A stretch of DNA of 64,000 nt from an uncultured Acidimicrobiaceae bacterium (lineage in GTDB: Bacteria; Actinomycetota; Acidimicrobiia; Acidimicrobiales; RAAP-2), in contig CAVTGY010000003.1 of NCBI GenBank assembly GCA_963734395.1, forward strand, positions 271,878-335,877, written 5' to 3'. Position numbers and translations under genes: made by a program. The number at the start of each line of letters is the position of its first letter. Position 1 is the stretch's first letter. Under the pieces are notes generated by a model. That model was given only the letters and a program-made list of their open reading frames with translations, did not search any database and had not been told where the DNA came from. Of the stretch, positions 44,479 through 53,683 are shown in pieces.

Positions 44479-45447
44479 ATGCTCGATGCCGTCCCCGACT
44501 CCGAGCCCTACAAGTGGTTGTACGAACTGGTCCGCGCCTACCCTGCTCGCCCAGGTAAAGCCATCCGGCCGGCACTTTGCCTTGCCACCTGTCGCGCTTT
44601 TGGTGGTTCCGAGGAGGACGCCTTTCCCATCGCCGTGGCGATCGAAATGCTCCACAACGCTTTCCTCGTGCACGATGACATAGCGGACGGGAGCGAGCGG
44701 CGGCGCGGCCGGCCGACGTTGTCCGCCGATCATGGCGATGCTCTTGCATTGAACGCCGGAGACGCGCTGGTTGTCTTGGCCAATCAGGTTCTGCGTCGCC
44801 ACGCCCGACGCCTCGAAGGCGAATTGGCCGACCGGGTTCTCGATGAGTTCGACACAATGGCGTTGCGAACGTTGGAAGGCCAGGCGACAGAGCTTGGATG
44901 GCGCCGGGACGGCATCACCACCCTGAGGCCGGAGGACTATCTCGACCTCATCCTTCACAAAACTTGCTGGTATACGACCATCCACCCTCTTCGAGTAGGA
45001 GTCCTGCTTGGATCACGAGGAGAGGCGCGTCTGCAGTCCATGGTGCCATTCGGCTTCTACCTTGGGGCTGCCTTCCAGATTCGAGACGACCTGCTGAATC
45101 TCACCGGCGACGAGGATCTCTACGGTAAGGAGATCAACGGCGACCTCTACGAGGCCAAGCGGTCGTTGGCTCTGATTCACCTGGGTGCGGAGGTCAGCGG
45201 GGATGACGCGATTGCCTTCGACAACTATTTGTCGGTGGACAGGCCGGAACGCACGGCGTCCATGATCGCCGAAATTCGAGGTCTCCTCGACAAGTACGGA
45301 AGTCTTGAGTTCGCGTACGACTTCGCTCAGGGTATTGCCCTAGGTGCGAGCGAGGCATTCGAGGAAGCATTCGGCGACTGTCCGGAATCTGAGGACACCA
45401 GGTTCGTGCGATCACTCGTTCCGTACATGCTGGGGCGAATGTACTGA
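44479..45447 (+). CDS. polyprenyl (geranylgeranyl-type) diphosphate synthase
   Basis: GKAIRPAL, first Asp-rich motif LVHDDIADGSERRRG, second Asp-rich motif FQIRDDLLN. The N-terminus looks short, and an upstream out-of-frame ATG at 44430 may be the true start (see findings). Confidence 0.85.
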   Translation: MLDAVPDSEPYKWLYELVRAYPARPGKAIRPALCLATCRAFGGSEEDAFPIAVAIEMLHNAFLVHDDIADGSERRRGRPTLSADHGDALALNAGDALVVLANQVLRRHARRLEGELADRVLDEFDTMALRTLEGQATELGWRRDGITTLRPEDYLDLILHKTCWYTTIHPLRVGVLLGSRGEARLQSMVPFGFYLGAAFQIRDDLLNLTGDEDLYGKEINGDLYEAKRSLALIHLGAEVSGDDAIAFDNYLSVDRPERTASMIAEIRGLLDKYGSLEFAYDFAQGIALGASEAFEEAFGDCPESEDTRFVRSLVPYMLGRMY

Positions 45448-45553
45448 AGTGCCTCCTAGGACCAAACGGTACATGTGGACATCCAGTACGTCAGCCGTTC
45501 GCCTGGAGCCCGGTCGCAATTGCCTCAACATCGAGCGACTGAAGGAGGCGTGT

Positions 45554-46348
45554 ATGGCTTCGCCGATGGTCTGGCTGACACGCCTCGCCAGTGTCGTCGG
45601 TCCGACGGGGCCACCGACACAGGTCGGCAATGACGTCTGGAAGGTGTCGGCGGGCGGTCGTACCCTCGTCGCCAAGCTTGGCGCCAACGCGCTCGACGAG
45701 GCGGTGGGTCTCGAAACACTCAAAGCGGTGCCCGGCGCGCCGCCGGTGCCCGAGGTGGTGTTCGCCGAGGCGGATCTACTCGTCACAGCGTGGGTAGAAC
45801 AGGGCTCGCGGACCGGGAAGCACGAGGAGTCGTTCGGCCGTGCACTGGCGGCGTTGCACGGCGCCCCTTATCCGCACTGGGGTGGAGGCTCTTCGTGGAT
45901 CGGAGCCTGCCCCATCGATCCCACGATCTCCCAAAATGCCGCCGGCTTCTACAGCGCCCGGCTTTGCGAGCTGTCCACCCGTTGCGGACTCGAGCAATCG
46001 GTAAATGCGGTGGTCGCCAGGCTCGGGGAGCTCCTCCCGCCAGGCGGACCCGCTCTCCTCCATGGCGACCTCTGGTGGGGCAACGTGCTCTTCGGTGCTG
46101 ATGGACGGACCTGGCTCATCGACCCCTCGGTCCACGGCGGGCACCCAGAGGAGGACCTCGCCATGCTGGCGCTGTTCGGCGCGGTGCCGGATCGCCTGCT
46201 CCGCGCCTACGCCGAGGTGCATCCGTTGAGCCCAGGTTGGAAGGAGCGGGTCGAGCTCTTCCAGCTCTACCCGTTGCTCGTCCACACGGTGCTGTTCGGC
46301 GGTGGCTACCGCGCCCAGGCGGAGGCAGTGGCCCGGCGCTTCGCCTGA
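45554..46348 (+). CDS. fructosamine-kinase family phosphotransferase
   Basis: The ATG is preceded by GAAGGAGG. LLHGDLWWGNVLF and LIDPSVHGGHPEEDLAMLALFG motifs. Confidence 0.85.
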   Translation: MASPMVWLTRLASVVGPTGPPTQVGNDVWKVSAGGRTLVAKLGANALDEAVGLETLKAVPGAPPVPEVVFAEADLLVTAWVEQGSRTGKHEESFGRALAALHGAPYPHWGGGSSWIGACPIDPTISQNAAGFYSARLCELSTRCGLEQSVNAVVARLGELLPPGGPALLHGDLWWGNVLFGADGRTWLIDPSVHGGHPEEDLAMLALFGAVPDRLLRAYAEVHPLSPGWKERVELFQLYPLLVHTVLFGGGYRAQAEAVARRFA

Positions 46349-46397
46349 GTGCCGTGCCGTCACCTAGTAGAAAGCGCCCCTGTCTCGACCGGGATCC

Positions 46398-47600
46398 TTA
46401 TCCGAACACCACGTCCAGCTGGCGCGGCCCCCTGACCTGTCCACCGGCCCACAGGACTTCGGCACCGTCGGCCAGATGGAAGACCGGCACCCGGGCCAGC
46501 CATTCCTCGAGGGCGACCCGTAGCTCCATCCGGGCCAAGTTCGATCCGGCACAACGATGGATCCCCGATCCGAACGCCACGTGCCGGTTCTGCTCGCGAT
46601 CGAGGAGCACCTCATCTGCTCGTTCGAAGGCGGCAGGGTCCCGGTTCGCGGCCGGGAAGTTCATCAGGAGCTTGTCGCCCTTCTTCATGGGACATCCGTT
46701 GAATTCGACGTCCTCGGTTACCAGGCGAGCCATCGTCACCGGCGAGTATGCGCGGAGCAGTTCTTCGACGGCAGTGTCCAAAAGCGCGGGATTGGCCACG
46801 AGTCGCTCACGATCCTCGTCGTTCGTCGCCAGGTGCCAGAGCGAAGAGCCGATCGCACTCCAGGTCGTGTCGATACCCGCGATCATCGTCAGCATCGCCA
46901 TACCCAGAATGACCATGTCGTCGACAGCACCTCCGTCTTCTGCCTTGGCGTGCAGCAGGTAAGTCAGCAGGTCGTCGCCATCGGTCTCCCGCCGCTCATT
47001 TATTCGATCCCAGAGGTAATAGCCGATGCCGAACATCCCACGCTCAACGCGCTCAGGATCATCTGCGAACTCCAGGGAATCGCGGACCCAGCCGGTGAAA
47101 GTGTCGGCAAGCTCCTCGGGGATACCGAGGATCGAGCCGATCACCCGTACGGGGATCTGCTGTGCATAGTCCGAGGCGGCGTCGGCCTTTCCTGCCGCCA
47201 GGTGAGCGTCGATCAACGATCCACATAGATCTCTGGTCATTGGCTCGTACGACTTCACCCTGTCGTGAGAGAACCAGGGAAGCAAGAGCCGGCGTGTCCA
47301 CGTGTGCAGGGGTGGGTCGGAGGTGATCGGAGGGAGGCCGTAGGTGAGGATTGGGGTCTCCGGTTCGTCCAACGCGTCGATGACGCTGGTATTGGCGGAG
47401 CTGAAATGCTCGATGTCCTTGGCCATCGCCGTGACGTCTTCATACGTCGTCGGAAGCCAGGCACGTCCCCGACGGTCGGTACGCGCGATCGGACACACCT
47501 GGCGTAGCTCGTCCCAGCGAGGGAAGGGGTTGCGTACGTAGGACTCGTCGAGGACGTCGAAATCCGACGTCCAATCGCTAACCGGCTCGGTCCTTGCCAT
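46398..47600 (-). CDS. cytochrome P450
   Basis: Heme loop FGSGIHRCAGSNLA, I-helix AGIDTT, ExxR (VEELLR). 400 aa. Confidence 0.9.
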   Translation of the reverse strand: MARTEPVSDWTSDFDVLDESYVRNPFPRWDELRQVCPIARTDRRGRAWLPTTYEDVTAMAKDIEHFSSANTSVIDALDEPETPILTYGLPPITSDPPLHTWTRRLLLPWFSHDRVKSYEPMTRDLCGSLIDAHLAAGKADAASDYAQQIPVRVIGSILGIPEELADTFTGWVRDSLEFADDPERVERGMFGIGYYLWDRINERRETDGDDLLTYLLHAKAEDGGAVDDMVILGMAMLTMIAGIDTTWSAIGSSLWHLATNDEDRERLVANPALLDTAVEELLRAYSPVTMARLVTEDVEFNGCPMKKGDKLLMNFPAANRDPAAFERADEVLLDREQNRHVAFGSGIHRCAGSNLARMELRVALEEWLARVPVFHLADGAEVLWAGGQVRGPRQLDVVFG

Positions 47601-47747
47601 CTGCCGCCTCCAACACCCAGGTCGGGATGACCTGCTGGTAACAGTATGCCTAGTCGCCGACGCTTCCGCAGCGGAGAAGCGTGCGCCGGCTGCTCACGGT
47701 CGCCCGGGCTTGGGTCCGTCAGCGCTGAGGGCTCTAGCATTCGGCGC

Positions 47748-48230
47748 ATGAGTGGTTCCAACAGCGAGTATCGCGAACCCGGATGGTTCACCAAGAATGT
47801 CTTCAACCGACTGATCGCGAGTCTGACCAAGTCTGGGGTCAGTGTCTGGGGATCCCGAATCCTGTTGGTGCGCGGTCGTGCCAGTGGGGAATGGCGCTCG
47901 ACCCCAGTCAACCTTCTGACCGTGAGTGAGCACTCCTACCTCGTCGCTGCACGGGGGCAGACCCAGTGGGTTCGAAACCTCCGCGTGGCGGAGTCGGGTG
48001 AGCTCCGTGTGGGTAAACGGATTCAGCCCTTCGGTTCGGTCGAACTCCAAGATGACGACAAGGTCGACATCCTCCGGGCCTACTTGAAGCGTTGGAAGAT
48101 GGAGGTGGGAGTGTTCTTCGATGGGGTAAGTGCCAAATCGCCGGATGCGGAGCTTGCTCGAATCGCCCCGAATCACCCGGTCTTCGAGATCACCATCCAG
48201 GAGTCACCCGAGCGGACCTCCACAGGCTGA
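47748..48230 (+). CDS. nitroreductase-family deazaflavin(F420)-dependent oxidoreductase (second paralogue)
   Basis: ORF 47646..48230, ATG 47748. FNRLIASLTKSG...LLVRGRASGEWRSTPVNLL...YLVAARGQTQWVRNL pattern. Confidence 0.8.
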   Translation: MSGSNSEYREPGWFTKNVFNRLIASLTKSGVSVWGSRILLVRGRASGEWRSTPVNLLTVSEHSYLVAARGQTQWVRNLRVAESGELRVGKRIQPFGSVELQDDDKVDILRAYLKRWKMEVGVFFDGVSAKSPDAELARIAPNHPVFEITIQESPERTSTG

Positions 48231-49795
48231 TTACCCCACCTCTTCCAGTACCAATTCGACCTGGTCAGACTCGTCGTACGCCAATGGCAGTGCCTCCACT
48301 GGTTGGCGGGCCGGACGAACCCCGAATGCCACCATGGCCAACGCAGCCAAGCTGAAGAGAGCGCCGAGCCCGAAGACCATGTCCAGGCCGTGAACGATGG
48401 TGATGTTCTCATGGGCGATGGGTCCTGCACCGGCGAGGTGTTGGATGCCGAGCTGGGCGTGGCTGGTCACGGCGTCGAAGGCGGTGACGAGGACCGCCAG
48501 TCCCAGCGCACCGCCTAGCTGTTGGGACACATTGACCAGTCCGGATGCCGCTCCAGCATCCTCGGGAGCCACCTCGGCGAGCGACGCTGAGGTGAGACTC
48601 ACGAACGAGATTCCCATGCCGACGCCGACCAGCACCATGGTCACCACGATCTGAGCGTACGAGGTCGCCGGTTGGATCCGGGTCGCGAGCAGGAGGCCCA
48701 GGGTGACGATGGTGGCGCCGGTCATCATCACGTTCTTCTGGGGGAACCGTCGAACCAGGACCCGGCCGGTCAGCTGGGACGCCAGGAAGACCGAGGCGGG
48801 CATGGGCAGGAAGGCGACCCCGGCAACCAGCGGTGAGAACCGCTGCACATCCTGGAAGAACTGGGAGAGGAAGAAGAACATCCCGTACATCCCGGCGTAC
48901 AACAAGCCACGGGCGAGATTGGCCGAGGAGCGGGTGGCATGGGTGAGCAGCCGCAACGGGAGAATCGGCTCTTCCACCCGGCTCTCGTGATGCACGAACA
49001 AGCCCAGCAAGTGCCAAGCCGACGACGAGCGACGCGATGGCGACGGGACTGCTCCAGCCGTTGGTTCCCGCCTCGACCAGGCCGAACACGATTCCTGTCA
49101 TCCCCAGGGTCGACGACACGGCCCCGGTCAGATCGAACCGGCCCTTATAGACCGCGGTCTCGGCGATCACCAGCCGTCCGATCATCAAGACGACGAGCCC
49201 GATGGGGACGTTCACGAACATGACCCACCGCCACGACACGAGATCGGTGAGGAGTCCTCCCGCTACCAGCCCGATCGCCCCGCCGGCTGCCGACACCGTG
49301 GTGTAGAGCCCGATGGCCCGTACCCGCGCCGGCCCCTCGGCAAAGGTGGTGGTGAGCAGCGACAACGCAGAGGGTGCAGCAAGGGCGGCGCCGATCCCTT
49401 GCAGGGCGCGGGCCCCGAGGAGCATCCATCCGGTGGCAGCGAGGCCTCCGACCAGTGAGCTCACGGTGAACAGGGCGATGCCGGTCAGGAAGACCCGGCG
49501 ACGGCCGAGCAGGTCACCGGCCCGCGCACCCAGGAGCAACAGGCCGCCGAAGGTCAGGATGTAGATGTTGAGCACCCAGGAAAGCCCGCTGGCCGAGAAT
49601 CCGAGACTCCTCTGGATGTGGGGCAGGGCGACGTTGACGATGGTGGTGTCGAGCACCACCATCAGCTGAGCGGTGAGGATGACGAAGAGGAGTAGGGACG
49701 GGTTCTTGAGGTGGCGCCGGAGCGACCCCGGCGGAGCGCTCGGAGGGGGAAGTGACCGCTTGCGGCTGTGACGCTGTAAGGGAGATGGAGGGCAT
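48231..49795 (-). pseudogene. MFS drug:H+ antiporter (DHA2/EmrB-like, 14-TMS type) split by a frameshift near 49008-49012; N-terminal start also unresolved
   Basis: ORF 48409..50001 carries LMVVLDTTIVNVALPHIQ...GRRRVFL...TM1-8 and goes out of frame after VAIASLVVGLA. ORF 48231..49010 continues LLGLFVHHESRVEEPILPLRLL plus six more TMs. Confidence 0.8.
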
Positions 49796-49978
49796 TGACT
49801 ACGACCTTTCCGATGGTATTCTGGTAACCGGAAGCTTCTTCCGCTTAGTATACGGAGGGTGCCTCCGTTTAGCAAGCCGTTCTTTTGGAAAGGTGTGGGA
49901 GACGTGTCCAGGCAGCAACTCGAGGTGGAAACTCCAGATACACCTGGGCAGGCGGAGCTGGAGGAGTCCGGTCGACCC

Positions 49979-50521
49979 ATGCGGGCCGATGCTCGTCGCA
50001 ACTACGAACGCCTGGTTGTGGCCGCCCGAGAGGTGTTCACCCAAGAGGGTGGGGGTGCGTCGATGGAGGCCATTGCCCGCCGGGCGGGGGTCGGCGTGGG
50101 CACCCTCTACCGCCACTTCCCCACCCGGATCGACGTGGTCGAGGCCGTCTACCGTACCGACGTCGACAATCTTGTCCACAGTGCGGAGCAGGTCTCGGCA
50201 GAGCTTGAGCCGTGGCCGGCGGTTGTGGCCTTCCTCGAGGCGTTCGTACGGTACGCCCAAGGCAAGCGGACCTTCCTCAACGAGCTCCACGAGGCCTTCG
50301 AGAAGAACCCGGACCTCAAGGTGGACATGTTGGACCGGGTTCGCCAAGCCATGGAGCTGGTGGTCGGGCGAGCACAGCGGGCCGGGGTGATGCGCACGGA
50401 TGTGGACGGATCGGACGTCATGCAATTGCTCCGATCGATGTGCTCGGACGTCACCCTGTCCGAAGGTCAGAGCAAACGGTTGCTGGGCACGATCCTCGAC
50501 GGCCTGCATAAGGAGCCGTAG
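49979..50521 (+). CDS. TetR/AcrR family transcriptional regulator (divergent from the MFS gene)
   Basis: MRADARRNYERLVVAAREVFTQEGGGASMEAIARRAGVGVGTLYRHF HTH. ORF from 49859, ATG 49979 preferred. Confidence 0.85.
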   Translation: MRADARRNYERLVVAAREVFTQEGGGASMEAIARRAGVGVGTLYRHFPTRIDVVEAVYRTDVDNLVHSAEQVSAELEPWPAVVAFLEAFVRYAQGKRTFLNELHEAFEKNPDLKVDMLDRVRQAMELVVGRAQRAGVMRTDVDGSDVMQLLRSMCSDVTLSEGQSKRLLGTILDGLHKEP

Positions 50522-50729
50522 TCCCGCCCGAGTCGACGACGCTTCTGTTATCGCCTTCCGTCGCTGAAGAGATAGCGGCGTGCCGACAAGCTCGCTGACC
50601 GGCAATCCGCCTGCTCCGTTGTGATCAATGAGACTGGTCGCCTAATGTCCGGTCGTGCCGGCTCTCGAGTGGAGCCCCCGCTCGCTCGATGCCGTCGAGC
50701 GTCGATCGAACGGAGAGGAAGGGTCGACA

Positions 50730-51821
50730 ATGAGCTTCGTTCCCTACGACCGCCCTGTTCGGGCCGCCTTTGTTGGGCTCGGACGGATATACGACCTCAA
50801 CGTGCGCGCCTATGTCGACAATCCCGACGTCGAGGTGGTGGCACTGGTCGATCCGGACGAGAAGCGCCGGGCCCAGCGCCAGGCCGAATGGCCGGAGGCC
50901 CGCACGTTCGCCTCGGTTGCGGATATGGCGTCGAGCGGTGTCGAGGTCGATGCCGTCGAGGCTCTCCTCCCTATCCCTCTTCACGTCGACGGGGTTGTTG
51001 AGCTGCTCGGCCACGGTTGGCACGTCAACCTGCAGAAACCGATGTGCAACGACCTGGCCGGAGCCTCCCGGATGCTCGAGGCAGCCGCATCCAACGACCG
51101 GCAACTCCGGGTCATGGAGAACTACATCTTCTACGAACCGTTGGTGAGGCTCAAGCAGATCGTCGAGTCCGGCGACATCGGCGAGGTGAGCGGCTATCAC
51201 ATGAAGATGGTGGGAAGTGGGCTCGGAGGATGGGAGGTGCCGGCCAGCAGCTACAAATGGCAGTTCATGCAGATCCGCAACGGGCGCGGCATCCTCGTGT
51301 TCGACGATGGCTGGCACAAGCTGGCCACCGCCCTGTGGCTGTTCGGTCCGATCCAGGAGGTCCGGGCCTGGGTGGGCGCCACCGAGGTCTACACCGATGT
51401 AAACATCGACGCCCCGACCACCTTGGCGTGGGAACACGAGAATGGCGTGCGAGGTGTGTGGGACATCACCCTGGCACCCGATATGTACCTCCGTTCCGAC
51501 TACTACACGAATGATGAGCGGTGGGAGGTAACCGGCCGAAAGGGATACGCACGAGTCAACCGGTGCACGGGTCGGGGCGTCCAGCAGCCGAGCCTCGAGG
51601 TGTACGCCGATGGGGAGATGCGGGCGTTCCACGCGCTCGATGACGACTGGGCCAGCAGCTTCCGGGATTCCGGTCGACACTGGTTGCGCTGGCTCCATAC
51701 CGGTGAGGGTCCCTTGCTGTGGAACGGACAGGGAGCCGTCGCTGTCCTGCGGTTCGCCCTCGCCGCTTACGCGAGCAGCGAGGCCGGGGGCATAGGGGTG
51801 GACCCCGCCACCGTCGAGTAG
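50730..51821 (+). CDS. Gfo/Idh/MocA family oxidoreductase
   Basis: The ATG is preceded by GGAGAGGAAGG. N-terminal Rossmann RAAFVGLGRIY...VVALVDPD, plus EKP-like QKPM. 363 aa. Confidence 0.85.
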   Translation: MSFVPYDRPVRAAFVGLGRIYDLNVRAYVDNPDVEVVALVDPDEKRRAQRQAEWPEARTFASVADMASSGVEVDAVEALLPIPLHVDGVVELLGHGWHVNLQKPMCNDLAGASRMLEAAASNDRQLRVMENYIFYEPLVRLKQIVESGDIGEVSGYHMKMVGSGLGGWEVPASSYKWQFMQIRNGRGILVFDDGWHKLATALWLFGPIQEVRAWVGATEVYTDVNIDAPTTLAWEHENGVRGVWDITLAPDMYLRSDYYTNDERWEVTGRKGYARVNRCTGRGVQQPSLEVYADGEMRAFHALDDDWASSFRDSGRHWLRWLHTGEGPLLWNGQGAVAVLRFALAAYASSEAGGIGVDPATVE

Positions 51822-51916
51822 CGAGAACCCTCAGCGTTAATAATCTGAGGACTGATGCCGGATATCCCGTCTGTCGACAGCCGTCTGCCCGGTAGCGATG
51901 GCGACTACTCGGTCGT

Positions 51917-53215
51917 TCAACGCAGCTGCGCCTGCATGCTCAAGATGTCGCCACCCACCTCATCCTTTACGTCTGAACCGATGGCGGCCTGATCCGCACA
52001 CTCTGACCAGGAGTCCACGGCGTCGAGAACGGTGCCAATGATCGCTCTCGCATCCGGCACCTCGAAACGATCACCGACCATCACCAGATCAGACCGAGCG
52101 ATTTCTTGCGTTTGGCCGTTCACGGCCATCAGATGCTGGGCGGTCCAGTAGCTCTGCGGATTGTGTGCGTGCGTAACGTCGTACGCAGGGGCGAGCCGCC
52201 AGGTGCCGTTCTTATGCAGGAAGAAGGAGAAGTTCTTGGTGTGATCGTCGCAGTTTGCCGCGGCCACGTTGAAGACCATCCGACGAAAAACCTCAGCAGC
52301 TGCCACCGGTCCAGGGTCGAGGCGCTCTGCAGCCTCGAAGAGCTGGGCATAGTCGTGGGCTCCGACCAGCCGGAAGTCCATGTGAGCGAGCGCGCACAGG
52401 GTCTGAACATGCACCTTTGTGCCATCTTGGGGACGGTCGAAGCGCCGAGTCATGAAGTGCGCCCGGCCACCCTCGTGAAGCAAGCGGCATGCCGTCATTT
52501 CGATGCCGGCAGCCTTGGCCATCAACGAGTAGGCGTACTCGATCCGTCCGTAGTCAGCCGACTCGCCGAGATCCAGATCGACCCCAACGCCGTCGAACTT
52601 CAACAGCCATTGTTCGAATCCGGGATCCGAGGGGACCTGACCGGAGCGCACCTCTCCAGTCGTCGGGTTCCAGGCCACCACGGCCTTGGCGCGTGCACCG
52701 CCGGCTGAGGTTCCAACTGCGATCAGGTGGCGGACTGATTCGGTAATGCCGTCCTCGGAATCGAACGCCCCAACGACAGCAGAGCGGGCGGCGAGTACGA
52801 ATTCGGAGAGGTCGATAGCAGTCGCCTTGCGAGTTCGCGGCCCTCGAGTGGGTCGGAACTCGAGCGCTCCGAGGCCGCGCGACGCCAGGTAGGCAAGGCG
52901 GTCGAGCGGCGTGATTGCACTTGTCGATACCCCTTCGCCCACGAGGTATGCGGTGGTAAGCGCATTGCCGAAGGCGTCGGGGAGCGAATCGGCAAGCATT
53001 GCGGGAAGCCGGTGGAACGTCTCAACGGGTAGCGCGGGAAACACGTAACGGCTCTGGTCGAGCGGCATGGTTGTCGGCGCAAGCTCGATGCCGCTTGCTT
53101 GCCAAGTGGGCGCGTACTCAAAGACGTAGTAGCCGGTGGCCGGGTCGAGGGCGACAGCGCCGACCCGGTCGCCCCATGCGAGTACCTCTACGACATCAAC
53201 GGGCTGGTATGCCAT
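51917..53215 (-). CDS. hipA: type II toxin HipA-family Ser/Thr kinase
   Basis: HipA N-terminal coupling region, P-loop-like GTSAGGARAKA, catalytic ANCDDHTKNFSF, Mg-binding LAPAYDV. 432 aa. Confidence 0.9.
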   Translation of the reverse strand: MAYQPVDVVEVLAWGDRVGAVALDPATGYYVFEYAPTWQASGIELAPTTMPLDQSRYVFPALPVETFHRLPAMLADSLPDAFGNALTTAYLVGEGVSTSAITPLDRLAYLASRGLGALEFRPTRGPRTRKATAIDLSEFVLAARSAVVGAFDSEDGITESVRHLIAVGTSAGGARAKAVVAWNPTTGEVRSGQVPSDPGFEQWLLKFDGVGVDLDLGESADYGRIEYAYSLMAKAAGIEMTACRLLHEGGRAHFMTRRFDRPQDGTKVHVQTLCALAHMDFRLVGAHDYAQLFEAAERLDPGPVAAAEVFRRMVFNVAAANCDDHTKNFSFFLHKNGTWRLAPAYDVTHAHNPQSYWTAQHLMAVNGQTQEIARSDLVMVGDRFEVPDARAIIGTVLDAVDSWSECADQAAIGSDVKDEVGGDILSMQAQLR

Positions 53216-53553
53216 CAGCCCTCACCTTTGGCGGTTGCTCTGCGACGGGAGACGCGCTGGCGGGCATGGGTCGCCGGGTTTTTCGAGGAGAGCATCGCGA
53301 CGGGGCTGACCGTGATACGAGGTGTGAGCGACTCCAGCCATTCGGTGCGCCCGAGTGCCCGGACGACACGGACCAGGGTCTTCAGCGTGGATCCCTTCCC
53401 GGCTTCGAGGTTCTTCACCGCGCCAAGGCTCACGTCGGCATGCTTCGCCAGTTCTCCCTGGTCGAGGTTCGCTGCGATCCGTGCGGCACGGACCTCCGCT
53501 CCGATCACAGCTTCCCATTCGTCGGTGCTTCGCCGGACCCGTTCAACAGCCAT
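53215..53553 (-). CDS. hipB: HipB-like XRE-family HTH antitoxin
   Basis: IGAEVRAARIAANLDQGELAKHADVSLGAVKNLEAGKGSTLKTLVRVVRALG. The stop overlaps the hipA start by 1 nt. Confidence 0.8.
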   Translation of the reverse strand: MAVERVRRSTDEWEAVIGAEVRAARIAANLDQGELAKHADVSLGAVKNLEAGKGSTLKTLVRVVRALGRTEWLESLTPRITVSPVAMLSSKNPATHARQRVSRRRATAKGEG

Positions 53554-53558
53554 AATAT

Positions 53559-53683
53559 TGACTCTTATCTTTCGAATGATATCTAAGAGTCACAAATATA
53601 GCTTTTCACTCACTCCTCTGTCAATAGCCACTAATAGGGCTATAAATGGGGTAACAGTATATAATAGCTAATACTATAGCTAT
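53559..53683. promoter_or_regulatory. hipBA control region: three inverted repeats, two with N8 spacing like known HipB operators
   Basis: TGACTCTTA (53559-53567) pairs with TAAGAGTCA (53584-53592). ATAGCC-N8-GGCTAT lies at 53624-53643 and ATAGCT-N8-AGCTAT at 53664-53683. The whole stretch is conspicuously AT-rich. Confidence 0.5.

Noticed and set aside
43312-44985. ORFs 43312..43743(-), 43358..43666(+) and 44308..44985(-) in and around the orphan-gene region
   Set aside because: Their translations are low-complexity (Arg/Pro/Gly-rich). They overlap better-supported frames or lie in the structured intergenic region with no RBS.
50625-51698. 357-aa ORF antisense to the Gfo/Idh/MocA gene. The 645-aa ORF 61548..63485 opposite the BVMO is rejected for the same reason.
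   Set aside because: Both are His/Arg/Gly/Val-rich with no recognisable motifs and overlap well-supported genes. The 645-aa ORF is only long because of high GC.
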